Source of the DNA: an uncultured Muribaculaceae bacterium
GTDB lineage: Bacteria > Bacillota_I > Bacilli_A > RF39 > UBA660
Direction of reading: 5' to 3'
Assembly (NCBI GenBank): GCA_964616485.1
Contig: CAZTRB010000005.1
Location: forward strand, 11,592-75,591
DNA: 64,000 bases
In this document: positions 1-9,193 of the stretch, piece by piece
Layout of the letters: every line of letters begins with the position of its first letter
Numbering within the stretch: position 1 is the first letter of the stretch
The notes under the pieces: model-generated
The model's input: only the letters and a program-made list of their open reading frames with translations
The model's database searches: none
What the model was told of the DNA's origin: nothing
Made by a program: the position numbers and the translations under genes

Positions 1-612
1 TTCTATATTTGGATCATAGCAATCATCAGATGTTGCAAAAAATAAGTCTGCTTTTGTAGTCCAAGGAACAACAAAATCGTAAAATCCATCTAATTGTCCT
101 AATCTAGTAAATAATCCCGTAGAAACTTCTAACTCTATTTTCTTCGTATCATTTTCTGTTTTGTAATTTATTATTCCAAGTAAACTCTTAGCAGTATCTA
201 AAGAATCAACTCCATCAAATTCTCTAACTTCTCCCCAAAGCGTTCCTTCATTAAGTACTTGTTTGTTAAAATCAGAATAAGCATAAATAACAAATCCCAT
301 CTCTTCATTAACCAATATAACCTCTTCTTCATTAAACAACTCTGGAATAACACTAGGTTGCTCTACCCTATATACAATTTCAAACCCGTGTATATCACAT
401 CTTTCTAAAAACAGATTCCAAGGCATTGACTCATATGTATCTCCAGCTGCTGTCAATAGTGGTAAGAGCATTTCATAAACCTTTGATTTGGATTTTATAT
501 ACATAAGTTGATCTTCTCTACTCCAATCAGATCTTTTTTTTCCTATTTTTCTTTCAAAAAACTCTTCATTATAAATATTTAGTAAATCTCTTATTTCTTT
601 ATCATCACCCAT
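1..612 (-). CDS. hypothetical protein, N-terminal 204 codons only; the C-terminus runs off the left edge
   Basis: Absent from the ORF track because it has no in-window stop. I read 204 sense codons with no stop from the ATG (complement of 610-612) down to base 1. AGGAG (complement of 619-623) lies 6 nt upstream. The protein starts MGDDKEIRDLLNIYNEEFFERK. No motif recognised. Confidence 0.6.
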   Translation of the reverse strand, partial: MGDDKEIRDLLNIYNEEFFERKIGKKRSDWSREDQLMYIKSKSKVYEMLLPLLTAAGDTYESMPWNLFLERCDIHGFEIVYRVEQPSVIPELFNEEEVILVNEEMGFVIYAYSDFNKQVLNEGTLWGEVREFDGVDSLDTAKSLLGIINYKTENDTKKIELEVSTGLFTRLGQLDGFYDFVVPWTTKADLFFATSDDCYDPNIE

Positions 613-749
613 TTTATTCTCCTAAACTTCTCTATTATTCTCTTTAATTTAATATAATAGTATTGATAAAATTACAAAAACGATTAAGAGAATAAATATT
701 GCACTTTTTCTTTATTTTTTTATATATATTATACAACTATTTTAGATTT

Positions 750-784
750 TATAAATAAAAAAGATAGATACTTTAATCTATCTT
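750..784 (-). terminator. rho-independent terminator of the 398-aa gene
   Basis: Perfect 9-bp stem AAGATAGAT/ATCTATCTT (761-784) with a 6-nt loop. It overlaps the TAG stop and is followed on the minus strand by a U-rich tract (750-760). Confidence 0.7.
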
Positions 785-1974
785 TGATCAGAACCATTAC
801 CTACTTGCGGTAATAGTTCTTTAGGTCCATCAATACCCGGAACTTTTGAATCCGTCATATTCTTAAGAGTTATTAATTTAGCCACATTAGTAGCCGTTTT
901 TAATCCTTGAATAATACGCTCTTTTTGTTCAGGAGTAATTGGTTCTTGTTTTGCTTCTCCATAAAAAGGATGATAAACATTTCCCGAGATTAAATCTACG
1001 GTTATACCAGCATCATAGTTTAAACCATCATTGTAACTGGTAGATAACCTTAAAACAGCTGAACCTTTTTTTGTTGAAACACTATAATTTATAGATTCTC
1101 TTGCCTCTGGAGCCGATTTATAACTTATACTATACTCTAATATCTTATCATCATCGTAAGATATTCTATTATATCCAACATCTCCATGTCCATTAAAAGC
1201 ATTCATAATCATCTCATCTTCTGAAGTAACGTGGATATCCCACCTAACATTATCACTAAAATCTTTTGGATCTCTTATGTTAGGATTAGCAAAAGGATTT
1301 ATAGCATCACAAAGATCTCTTAAATTAGGATATATTTCTAACGCTGCTTCACTAGTTCCAAAATCTACCATATTATGTTTATTAAGCCATTCATCAATCG
1401 TAATATTTGGTTTTCCTTGTTCAATCAATCTTCTGTAAACTTCAGCCAATAACTCTTCTTGTTTATCAGCATGTATACTTATATTCGGATTATTTAAATT
1501 TTTCCCTTTAAAAAAATCTTCAAATTCGGTAAAAAAGATTATAGGTCCTATTTTTTTATTCATATTATAAGACTCTATATACATACTTTCTAAGTCATCT
1601 TCAATTAATTGATTTCTTTTTGCCTTAATAATATCTGAATACTTATATGGATAAACAGGATAAATTTCTTTATCAACAAATTCTTTGAATTCTTCAAATC
1701 TAGCGCTAGTACAAAACTCATTTGGACTATGACTCTCAAGATCTCTGCCTATTCTAATACCAGATAGAACACTTTTCGGATGTTTAGCGTATATTCTTTG
1801 TGCTAACTCTAATGGTATTTTACCACTAACATTTATATTACCTTCACTATTAAGACTTATGCTTATACCATCCTTAGAATATTCATCTGTTTCTATTCCC
1901 TTATCATTGATAACAGTACCCTTACGTTCTATCTCCAAGACGTCCATTAAAACTTTTAATTCTAATTCACTCAT
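778..1974 (-). CDS. hypothetical protein (398 aa), no recognisable domain
   Basis: Long ORF with RBS AGGGGGAA upstream of the ATG and its own terminator. No catalytic or signal motif seen. Confidence 0.75.
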   Translation of the reverse strand: MSELELKVLMDVLEIERKGTVINDKGIETDEYSKDGISISLNSEGNINVSGKIPLELAQRIYAKHPKSVLSGIRIGRDLESHSPNEFCTSARFEEFKEFVDKEIYPVYPYKYSDIIKAKRNQLIEDDLESMYIESYNMNKKIGPIIFFTEFEDFFKGKNLNNPNISIHADKQEELLAEVYRRLIEQGKPNITIDEWLNKHNMVDFGTSEAALEIYPNLRDLCDAINPFANPNIRDPKDFSDNVRWDIHVTSEDEMIMNAFNGHGDVGYNRISYDDDKILEYSISYKSAPEARESINYSVSTKKGSAVLRLSTSYNDGLNYDAGITVDLISGNVYHPFYGEAKQEPITPEQKERIIQGLKTATNVAKLITLKNMTDSKVPGIDGPKELLPQVGNGSDQR

Positions 1975-2063
1975 TTTATTCCCCCTTTATGAATTTGGCA
2001 TTTATTGTATACGACTTAACACTAAAAGTCAAGATTTAGAAAACAAACAAAAATAATTAAATA

Positions 2064-2771
2064 TTATTTTTTTATTTTCAATTTTTCTATATGTTCTTTT
2101 TTTTCTACATTAGTTTTTTTTCCGTATTGTTTCAATTTATTATAAATAGTGTCTATTTCATCAATAGTCAACTCTTTTACATGTTCACTAATTAATATTC
2201 TTTCTTTTAACTCTTGCCTCTGAATAACTACCTTTCTGTCTACGTTTAATTTTTTAAATTCACTTCGTTCACTAAACACTATTAAAGAGTAAATTTTATT
2301 ATTTGGTATCAATTTTTCTAGATATTTAATATGTTTATGATTTTGCCACAGGGGATTATAAAACTTATATTTTTTTCCATATATATTACTTAACCAGTCT
2401 TTTTGGTTATAAGAACCATATATCCATCCACTATAATTCTTACTTTCAATAACATAAATACCAGAAGTGGTAATGTACACTAAATCAATCTCAGTCGTAC
2501 CATCTTCAGTAGGTATATATAAATTTGTTAATATCTTTGAATAAACGGGTATTTTCTCTAACTTAATAAACGTTAATCCTTCACCAAAATAACCTGTATC
2601 AATTAAAAATCTTAATAAGCTTACTCCACTTTCTTTTCTATAATTAGATTTGTAATACATAATTATATAAGGAATTTCTCTAAATAAATTTATTAAAAAT
2701 AATATAAGCAATAACCATCTAAGAGTATATATTAATTCTATAAAATTTTTAATAAGTTCTAATATTATCAT
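2064..2771 (-). CDS. NERD (nuclease-related domain) protein with N-terminal TM helix
   Basis: NERD-like core ...DLVYITTSGIYVIESKNYSGWIYGSYNQKDW...YNPLWQNHKHIKYLEKL... Hydrophobic N-terminus (LLLILFLINLF). RBS TAGGAG upstream. Confidence 0.7.
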   Translation of the reverse strand: MIILELIKNFIELIYTLRWLLLILFLINLFREIPYIIMYYKSNYRKESGVSLLRFLIDTGYFGEGLTFIKLEKIPVYSKILTNLYIPTEDGTTEIDLVYITTSGIYVIESKNYSGWIYGSYNQKDWLSNIYGKKYKFYNPLWQNHKHIKYLEKLIPNNKIYSLIVFSERSEFKKLNVDRKVVIQRQELKERILISEHVKELTIDEIDTIYNKLKQYGKKTNVEKKEHIEKLKIKK

Positions 2772-2998
2772 AATATTTTCTCCTAACAGTAAGTTTGAAT
2801 TTTTTAGAAATAATTTCGTTTTAATTTTATAAACAAAAATGAAGAACCTTTCGGTCCTTCGTCAGGGGGTTTTTGGTTGAATACACTCTCACATTATTAT
2901 AACCGTAAGAGCGAAACAGCATAATGTATTATCATTATGCATATTTATAATAATATGTATTTAGATAATTGTCAATTAGTTAGTTGATTTTTCCATAA

Positions 2999-4993
2999 TT
3001 AATCGGTATTTATTTCCGATATTAATCTTATTCTTAATTTATCTTTTTCATATTGTTCATCTTTTAAAAATTCTTCTGAATCTTTCTTCGCTTGAACTAA
3101 GATTTTATAGTCTATTCTTAGGTTAGCTATCTTAAAGGCCATATCTCCACTTTGTTTAGTACCGAAAAGATCTCCTGACCCTCTTAGTTTAAAGTCTTCT
3201 TCGCTAATAACGAAACCATCATTTATCGTTTCCATGATCTCTAATCTCTTAGTATCACTATTACTTATTAGTAAGCATTTTGATTCGATAGCGTTTCTTC
3301 CCACTCTTCCTCTTAATTGGTGAAGAGTCGAGAGTCCGAATCTATTGGCATTAAAGATTACCATCATCGTCGCATTTGGAACGTCTACTCCGACTTCGAT
3401 AACTGTCGTACTTATTAAGATATTGATCTTATTTTGTTTAAACTCTGACATGATAAGGTCTTTTTCTTTGGTCTTCATCTTTCCATGAACGATGTCGATA
3501 TTATATTTATTACCGAATACTAAGTTCATCTTATCTCTAAGAGTATAGACATTTAATAGATCTAATTCCTCATTCTCTTCGATTAGAGGTGCTATTACAT
3601 AGATTTGATAGTTCTTCTCTAGTTCATTACTCATCTGTTGATAGACTTCTTTCATCTCTTTTTCTGAATAGACTTTAGTCTTAACAGGTAGTCTTCCTTT
3701 AGGCATCTCTTTTATCGTTGAAACATCCATATCACCGTATACTGTTAATGCAAAAGTTCTCGGTATAGGAGTAGCACTCATATATAAGACGTCTGGCTTA
3801 ATACCTTTGTTTTTCAAGTTTGATCTTTGGTTAACTCCGAAACGATGTTGTTCATCGGTTACGACTAATCCTAGATTCTTGTATTCTACCTCTTCTTGAA
3901 TAAGAGCGTGGGTACCGATAATAATATCGACTTCACCATTCTTTAAATCTTCATAAATTACTTGTTTATCTTTCTTTGAGATAGAACCGATTAATAATTC
4001 TACTTTTAAGTCTTCGCTCTTAAATAACTCTCTTATATTGTTATAATGCTGAATAGCTAGTATTTCTGTCGGTGCCATCAAAGCACTCTGATAACCACAA
4101 AGTTTATTATAATACATAGCCATAATAGCTACTATCGTCTTACCACTACCAACGTCTCCTTGTAATAGACGATTCATTCTTCTCGTACTACTCAAGTCTT
4201 TAATTATCTCATCGATCGCATTTACTTGATCACTTGTTAATTCGAATGGTAACTTCTTAACTAGTGTATTTATATCTTTATCAGTCTTTCTTTCAACACC
4301 GATATTGTTCTTATTATTTTCGGCTTTCAAATAGTTTATCTTAAACATAAACTCGAATAACTCTTCGTATTTAAGTCTCATACTAGCTTCTTTTAACTTA
4401 TCATAATTAGGCGGATTATGAACGATATTAAGAGCCGTCTTTTTATTTAGAAAATCATATTTCTCAATTAAATGCCTTGGTATTCCTTCGGTAATATCTC
4501 TTCCATATTGAATAAGAGCATTATTAATACTATTAGCGATTATCTTTTGTGATAATCCGCTAGTAGTATGATAGACTGACTCAATCTTTTCTTTATCATT
4601 TAACGAACCAAATTTAATATCCGAGGCGTTGATGATATTCTTACTCTTATCATACTTACCTAAGACGATTACTTTCTCTCCGATATTAAGACTCTTCTTT
4701 AAGAATGCTCTTCCAAAGATCGATATACCTACTACGCCATAGACTGTTAGTAATCTAAAGTTTAACTTATTTAGACCACCTCTAAATCTAATGACGATCG
4801 GAACACTCTCGACTTTTCCATCGATAACGATCTTTTGCTCGACATCATCGATCGCTCTTATATCAGTCCTTTTTAAGACTTCATATCTATAAGGATAGTG
4901 GGTTACTAAATCATCTATCGTTAAAATATTTAATTTATTAAACAACTCTTCTGTTTTCGGACCTATTCCTTTTACTCCAGACAACTTATCCAT
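2999..4993 (-). CDS. recG: ATP-dependent DNA helicase RecG
   Basis: Walker A GDVGSGKT, DEQH box (VVTDEQHRFGV) and helicase C motifs (QLRGRVGR). I place the start at MDKLSGVKGIGPK (ATG at 4991-4993, RBS AGGGAAG). The track's upstream extension overlaps a terminator and a putative promoter. Confidence 0.9.
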   Translation of the reverse strand: MDKLSGVKGIGPKTEELFNKLNILTIDDLVTHYPYRYEVLKRTDIRAIDDVEQKIVIDGKVESVPIVIRFRGGLNKLNFRLLTVYGVVGISIFGRAFLKKSLNIGEKVIVLGKYDKSKNIINASDIKFGSLNDKEKIESVYHTTSGLSQKIIANSINNALIQYGRDITEGIPRHLIEKYDFLNKKTALNIVHNPPNYDKLKEASMRLKYEELFEFMFKINYLKAENNKNNIGVERKTDKDINTLVKKLPFELTSDQVNAIDEIIKDLSSTRRMNRLLQGDVGSGKTIVAIMAMYYNKLCGYQSALMAPTEILAIQHYNNIRELFKSEDLKVELLIGSISKKDKQVIYEDLKNGEVDIIIGTHALIQEEVEYKNLGLVVTDEQHRFGVNQRSNLKNKGIKPDVLYMSATPIPRTFALTVYGDMDVSTIKEMPKGRLPVKTKVYSEKEMKEVYQQMSNELEKNYQIYVIAPLIEENEELDLLNVYTLRDKMNLVFGNKYNIDIVHGKMKTKEKDLIMSEFKQNKINILISTTVIEVGVDVPNATMMVIFNANRFGLSTLHQLRGRVGRNAIESKCLLISNSDTKRLEIMETINDGFVISEEDFKLRGSGDLFGTKQSGDMAFKIANLRIDYKILVQAKKDSEEFLKDEQYEKDKLRIRLISEINTD

Positions 4994-5014
4994 ACTATCA
5001 CTTCCCTGCACTGT

Positions 5015-5023
5015 ATTATAGCA
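5015..5023 (-). promoter_or_regulatory. putative extended -10 (TGCTATAAT) for recG
   Basis: The complement of 5015-5023 reads TGCTATAAT. It sits directly downstream of the 5033-5074 terminator and about 20 nt upstream of the recG RBS. The -35 is poor (TTTATA). Confidence 0.35.
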
Positions 5024-5032
5024 CATTTTAGG

Positions 5033-5074
5033 GAATATAAAAAGTGAAACCTTACATTTCGAATAAGGTTTCAC
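5033..5074 (-). terminator. rho-independent terminator of the 147-aa gene
   Basis: Perfect 11-bp stem GTGAAACCTTA/TAAGGTTTCAC (5044-5074) with a 9-nt loop, then TTTTTATATT on the minus strand. The hairpin includes the last codons and the stop. Confidence 0.7.
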
Positions 5075-5495
5075 TAAATACACATATTAGATCTTCGTCT
5101 AGTTTCAAGGATTTATTATTTATTATCGTAAATGATAATTCTTCGTTTTCATTTAAAGTATCATATTCACTAAAAGAGTTGGTATTTATTAATTTTAAGT
5201 TATCAGAAAATATCTCATATGTTCCTTCTAGCTTAATATGTCCTTCACAAGAACTAATACTGAGTTCATAAGTAAAATCATCTCTAAGTTTTAAATAAGT
5301 GTTCATATCGTCTTTTACTCTATAGTCACCGTGCAGCTTCGTATCTGAAAAAGATCTCTTATTAACTGTATTAACAGCATAAACGTAAACTTCAATAGGT
5401 GTTGGAACGACAATGTATACTAGGATAATACTAAAAACTGCTATAAGTAAAAAAGTAATATTGGCTATTTTATTAAAGTCTCTACTCTCTTTCAT
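5052..5495 (-). CDS. hypothetical membrane-anchored protein (147 aa)
   Basis: Strong RBS GAGGAGG upstream of the ATG. One N-terminal TM helix (ITFLLIAVFSIILVYIVVP). No known motif. Confidence 0.7.
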   Translation of the reverse strand: MKESRDFNKIANITFLLIAVFSIILVYIVVPTPIEVYVYAVNTVNKRSFSDTKLHGDYRVKDDMNTYLKLRDDFTYELSISSCEGHIKLEGTYEIFSDNLKLINTNSFSEYDTLNENEELSFTIINNKSLKLDEDLICVFSETLFEM

Positions 5496-5740
5496 ATTAA
5501 AAGCCTCCTCTAATTATAGGATAACTAACAACTTTATAAAAGTAAACTAACAAGAGAGTGAAACAATGTTAACTTTACAATAAAATTTCATCTTTTTGTG
5601 CTTGACAAACTAAACCCTTTCGATTATTATATAAATCACCAGTTCGTAATGGCGAATTGGTCGCTAGTATCACACTAGCCAACCCCTTTTTATTCTTTTT
5701 TGTGAAGGGCCTTTCTCAGGGGGAAGGCTCTTCCTATTTT

Positions 5741-5772
5741 ATAAGAAAAACAGAGTAACATAAGTTACTCTG
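5741..5772 (-). terminator. rho-independent terminator of nifJ/PFOR
   Basis: Perfect 9-bp stem CAGAGTAAC/GTTACTCTG (5751-5772) with a 4-nt loop. It encloses the TAA stop and is followed by TTTTTCT on the minus strand. Confidence 0.75.
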
Positions 5773-8700
5773 TTATTTTTTTGTCTTCTTTTAAAGACTC
5801 ATAATGTTCGTATACTCTAATAGCTTCTCTCTTATTTATATCATAGAAGTCATCTTTCTTTTCAGGATTGACTTTATTAAGAGCTGCATACCTATTCTCT
5901 CCGTCTAAGAACTCTTCATATTTATCGAAGTCGGCTTTACTATCTAGAGAAAACTCTTCAGTCGTTGGGTTATATCTAAATATTGGGAAGTAACCTGATT
6001 CAGTTGCTTTCTTCTCTTCTTCGATACTAGTTCCCATTCCGGCTTTTATTCCTTGAACGATACATGGTGAATAAGCGATAATAAGTGAAGGTCCTTTGTG
6101 GTTCTTCGCTTCGTTGAAAGCCTTGATCGTCTGCATCATATTGGCACCTAGTGAAACTGTTGCAACATAGACATGAGGATAAGTCATAGCCATCTTAGCT
6201 AGATTCTTCTTGTGTGTCTCTTTACCCGAAGCAGCGAACTTAGCGATACCACCATACTTACTAGATTTAGACGCTTGTCCTCCAGTATTAGAATACATCT
6301 CGGTATCTAATACTAAGATATTAACGTCTTCATTACTTGCTAAGACGTGATCTAGACCGTTGTAACCGATGTCATAAGCCCAACCATCTCCTCCGATTAT
6401 CCAGAATGATTTGGTCTTGATAAAGTCTTTCTCTTCTAATAACTCTGGGATATTAAGACTGTCTACTATTTCATAAAGTCTCTTACTGTTTTCTAGATTA
6501 GTATCTTCTAGGTAAGAATTTACTACTTCTAAGTCATTATCATTTATCTTAGATAGGTTATCTCTTAAGATCATCTTAATCTTATCTTTGTGAATTACTT
6601 CAGATACTCTCATACCGAAACCAAACTCAGCATTGTCTTCAAACAATGAGTTAGCCCATGGTACTGAATAAGGAGTACTCGGTACGCTTCCACCATAAAT
6701 TGAAGAACATCCTGTAGCGTTAGCTATTACTAACTCTTCTCCGAATAATTGTGTTAACAATTTTATATATGGAGTCTCTCCACATCCAGCACAAGCGCCA
6801 GAATACTCGAATTTTGGTGTAGCGAACTGACTTCCCTTAACGGTATTAAGAGTCATCACTTGTTTTTCTGTAACGACGTTAAATAAATAATCCGTCTCTC
6901 TTAAAGTCTCTTCATCATTTATCTGTTCGATAGCCGTCATAACTAGAGCTTTCTCACCCTTCTTACCTGGACAAATGTTAACACATAGACCACAACCAGT
7001 ACACTGCTCGATATTAACACCGATTGCATATTTTAAGTTTTGATCTTTTATATTAGCATCGATTAATTTAGCTTTTAATGATTCTGGTGCATTCTCTACT
7101 TCCTCTTCATTAAGTAGGAAAGGTCTGATTACTCCATGAGGACAAACGAAAGCACACATATTACACATAATACAATTCTCTTCATTATAGACAGGTACTG
7201 TATCGGTAATATTTCTCTTCTCTTCTTTTGATCTTCCACCGACAAAACTACCATCGACAATTTTCTCAAATTCACTAACGGGAATAGAGTATCCTCTACG
7301 CTCATTTATAAGGTCAAAGATCGACTTTCCAACGAATGAAGATTTATTATCTTCGATGTCATCAAAACCAGAGAAATCGACTATTGTAAGTGTTTCTAAA
7401 GCTCTATCTATTGCCCGATTATTCTTCTCGATTACTTCAGTTCCTTTATTTTTAAATAAAGTCTCTAAGGCTTTTTTAATCTCTTTAAAAGCGATTTCAA
7501 AATCAATTAATTTACTTACTTTAAAGATAGCCGTAGCCATAATCGTATTAATCTTATTTCCAAGACCCACTTCATTAGATATCTTATTAGCATTAAGAGA
7601 ATAAACTTTAATATTCCTATTCTTAATAATAGCTCTATCTTTATTACTTAAAGCCTTAAATAATTCTTTATCATCTTTAAAAGTATTGACGATAAAAGTG
7701 CCGTTCTCGACAATATCATCTAACATATCAAACTTAGATAAATAACTATCTTTAGTACACACTACTAGACAAGGTTTGTTAACATAATATGTCGACTTAA
7801 TCGGCTTACTTGCAAAACGCATGTGACTCTTAGTAACACTACCAGACTTCTTCGAATCATACTCGAAGTAACCTTGAACATAAGAATCCGTATTATTACC
7901 GACAATCTTGATTATGTCTTTCGAAACACTGACCATTCCATCAGATCCAAAACCATAGATAACCACTTCTTTAGTCTCATTATCTACTGTTAAAGTGATC
8001 GGATCTAGACTCAAGTTAGTTAAGTCATCTTTTATACCGATCGTAAACCCATTAAACTTATCTTTTCTATCTAAGAACTTATAGACGGCATTTATCAGGC
8101 TAGGATCAGTATCTTTACTAGAAAGACCATATCTTCCTCCGACTACTTTAATGTTCTTACCTGTTTCCCTAATTACATTAGATATATCTAAATATAAAGG
8201 TTCGCTAGTCCCATGTTCTTTAGTACGACTTAAGACTGCTATATCAGTAACTGTATCTGGTAAAACATCTAATAAATATTTACTGCTAAACGGACGATAT
8301 AAGTGTACTTCGATTAGTCCAATCTTCTCACCCTTTAAACTATTGATAGTCTCTTTAATCGTCTCACAAATAGAACCCATAGCAACGATAATCTTCGTCG
8401 CGTCTTTTGCTCCATAATAATTAAACGGCTTATAGTCTCTTCCCGTAATAGCATTAATCTTTTTCATATACTCATTAACGATATCGGGAAGATTATCATA
8501 ATACTTATTTCTAGCTTCCGATAACTGGAAATAAATATCATCATTAGTATTAGTTCCTCTCGTTAAGTTATTAATACTTAAAGCTCTAGACCTAAACTCT
8601 TTTAAAGCGTCTTCATTTATTAATTCCTTTACTTTTTGAAAATCGATCACTTCTATCTTTTGTAACTCATGACTAGTCCTGAAACCATCAAAAGTATTTA

Positions 8701-9193
8701 TAAAAGGAACTTTACCTTCCATCGTAGAAAGATAACTAACGTTACTTAAATCCATTACTTCTTGAACAGAAGAGGATTGTAATATAGCAAACCCCGTCGT
8801 TCTAGCAGCATAGATATCTTGATGATCTCCTAAAATAGAAAGCGAATGACTCGCTAAAGAACGAGAAGCTACATTTATAACACAAGGAAATAACTGCCCT
8901 GCAATCTTATACATATTAGGAATCATCAACAAGAGTCCTTGAGAAGCCGTAAATGTCGTAGCTAAGATACCATTTTGAAGAGCACCATGAACCATAGCGA
9001 TAGCACCGGCTTCACTCTCCATCTCGACTACTTTTATTTTCGATCCCCAATAATTCTTCTTCCCTTCAGCACTCCAACTATCGACATTCTCAGCCATAGG
9101 TGATGCGGGTGTTATCGGATATATACCGGCTAGTTCAGAAAAATTATAAGCGACTAAACTACACGCTTCATTACCATCCATTATCTTATACAT
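5765..9193 (-). CDS. nifJ: pyruvate:ferredoxin (flavodoxin) oxidoreductase, single-chain
   Basis: N-terminus DGNEA...YPITPASPM. Two 4Fe-4S motifs (CIMCNMCAFVCPHG, CTGCGLCVNICPG). TPP motif GGDGWAYDIGYNGLDH. ATG at 9191-9193 is preceded by AAAGGAG; the track's first M is a TTG. Confidence 0.93.
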   Translation of the reverse strand: MYKIMDGNEACSLVAYNFSELAGIYPITPASPMAENVDSWSAEGKKNYWGSKIKVVEMESEAGAIAMVHGALQNGILATTFTASQGLLLMIPNMYKIAGQLFPCVINVASRSLASHSLSILGDHQDIYAARTTGFAILQSSSVQEVMDLSNVSYLSTMEGKVPFINTFDGFRTSHELQKIEVIDFQKVKELINEDALKEFRSRALSINNLTRGTNTNDDIYFQLSEARNKYYDNLPDIVNEYMKKINAITGRDYKPFNYYGAKDATKIIVAMGSICETIKETINSLKGEKIGLIEVHLYRPFSSKYLLDVLPDTVTDIAVLSRTKEHGTSEPLYLDISNVIRETGKNIKVVGGRYGLSSKDTDPSLINAVYKFLDRKDKFNGFTIGIKDDLTNLSLDPITLTVDNETKEVVIYGFGSDGMVSVSKDIIKIVGNNTDSYVQGYFEYDSKKSGSVTKSHMRFASKPIKSTYYVNKPCLVVCTKDSYLSKFDMLDDIVENGTFIVNTFKDDKELFKALSNKDRAIIKNRNIKVYSLNANKISNEVGLGNKINTIMATAIFKVSKLIDFEIAFKEIKKALETLFKNKGTEVIEKNNRAIDRALETLTIVDFSGFDDIEDNKSSFVGKSIFDLINERRGYSIPVSEFEKIVDGSFVGGRSKEEKRNITDTVPVYNEENCIMCNMCAFVCPHGVIRPFLLNEEEVENAPESLKAKLIDANIKDQNLKYAIGVNIEQCTGCGLCVNICPGKKGEKALVMTAIEQINDEETLRETDYLFNVVTEKQVMTLNTVKGSQFATPKFEYSGACAGCGETPYIKLLTQLFGEELVIANATGCSSIYGGSVPSTPYSVPWANSLFEDNAEFGFGMRVSEVIHKDKIKMILRDNLSKINDNDLEVVNSYLEDTNLENSKRLYEIVDSLNIPELLEEKDFIKTKSFWIIGGDGWAYDIGYNGLDHVLASNEDVNILVLDTEMYSNTGGQASKSSKYGGIAKFAASGKETHKKNLAKMAMTYPHVYVATVSLGANMMQTIKAFNEAKNHKGPSLIIAYSPCIVQGIKAGMGTSIEEEKKATESGYFPIFRYNPTTEEFSLDSKADFDKYEEFLDGENRYAALNKVNPEKKDDFYDINKREAIRVYEHYESLKEDKKITE

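Noticed and set aside
4994-5083. Upstream extension of recG overlapping the 147-aa gene
   Set aside because: The extension covers the 5033-5074 terminator hairpin and a TGCTATAAT element. The conserved RecG N-terminus begins at MDKLSGVKGIGPK, which has its own RBS.
5565-5609. 14-codon minus-strand ORF (MKFYCKVNIVSLSC) upstream of the 147-aa gene, considered as a leader peptide or type I toxin
   Set aside because: There is no convincing RBS, no hydrophobic toxin-like helix and no paired antisense logic beyond the speculative plus-strand transcript.
2853-5723. Shared 8-mer TCAGGGGG next to the hairpins at 2862-2869 and 5716-5723, suggesting that the two candidate sRNAs belong to one family
   Set aside because: On their predicted transcribed strands the motif is in opposite orientation (CCCCCUGA versus UCAGGGGG). 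One or two chance matches of an 8-mer are expected in 64 kb counted on both strands. The rest of the two sequences does not align.
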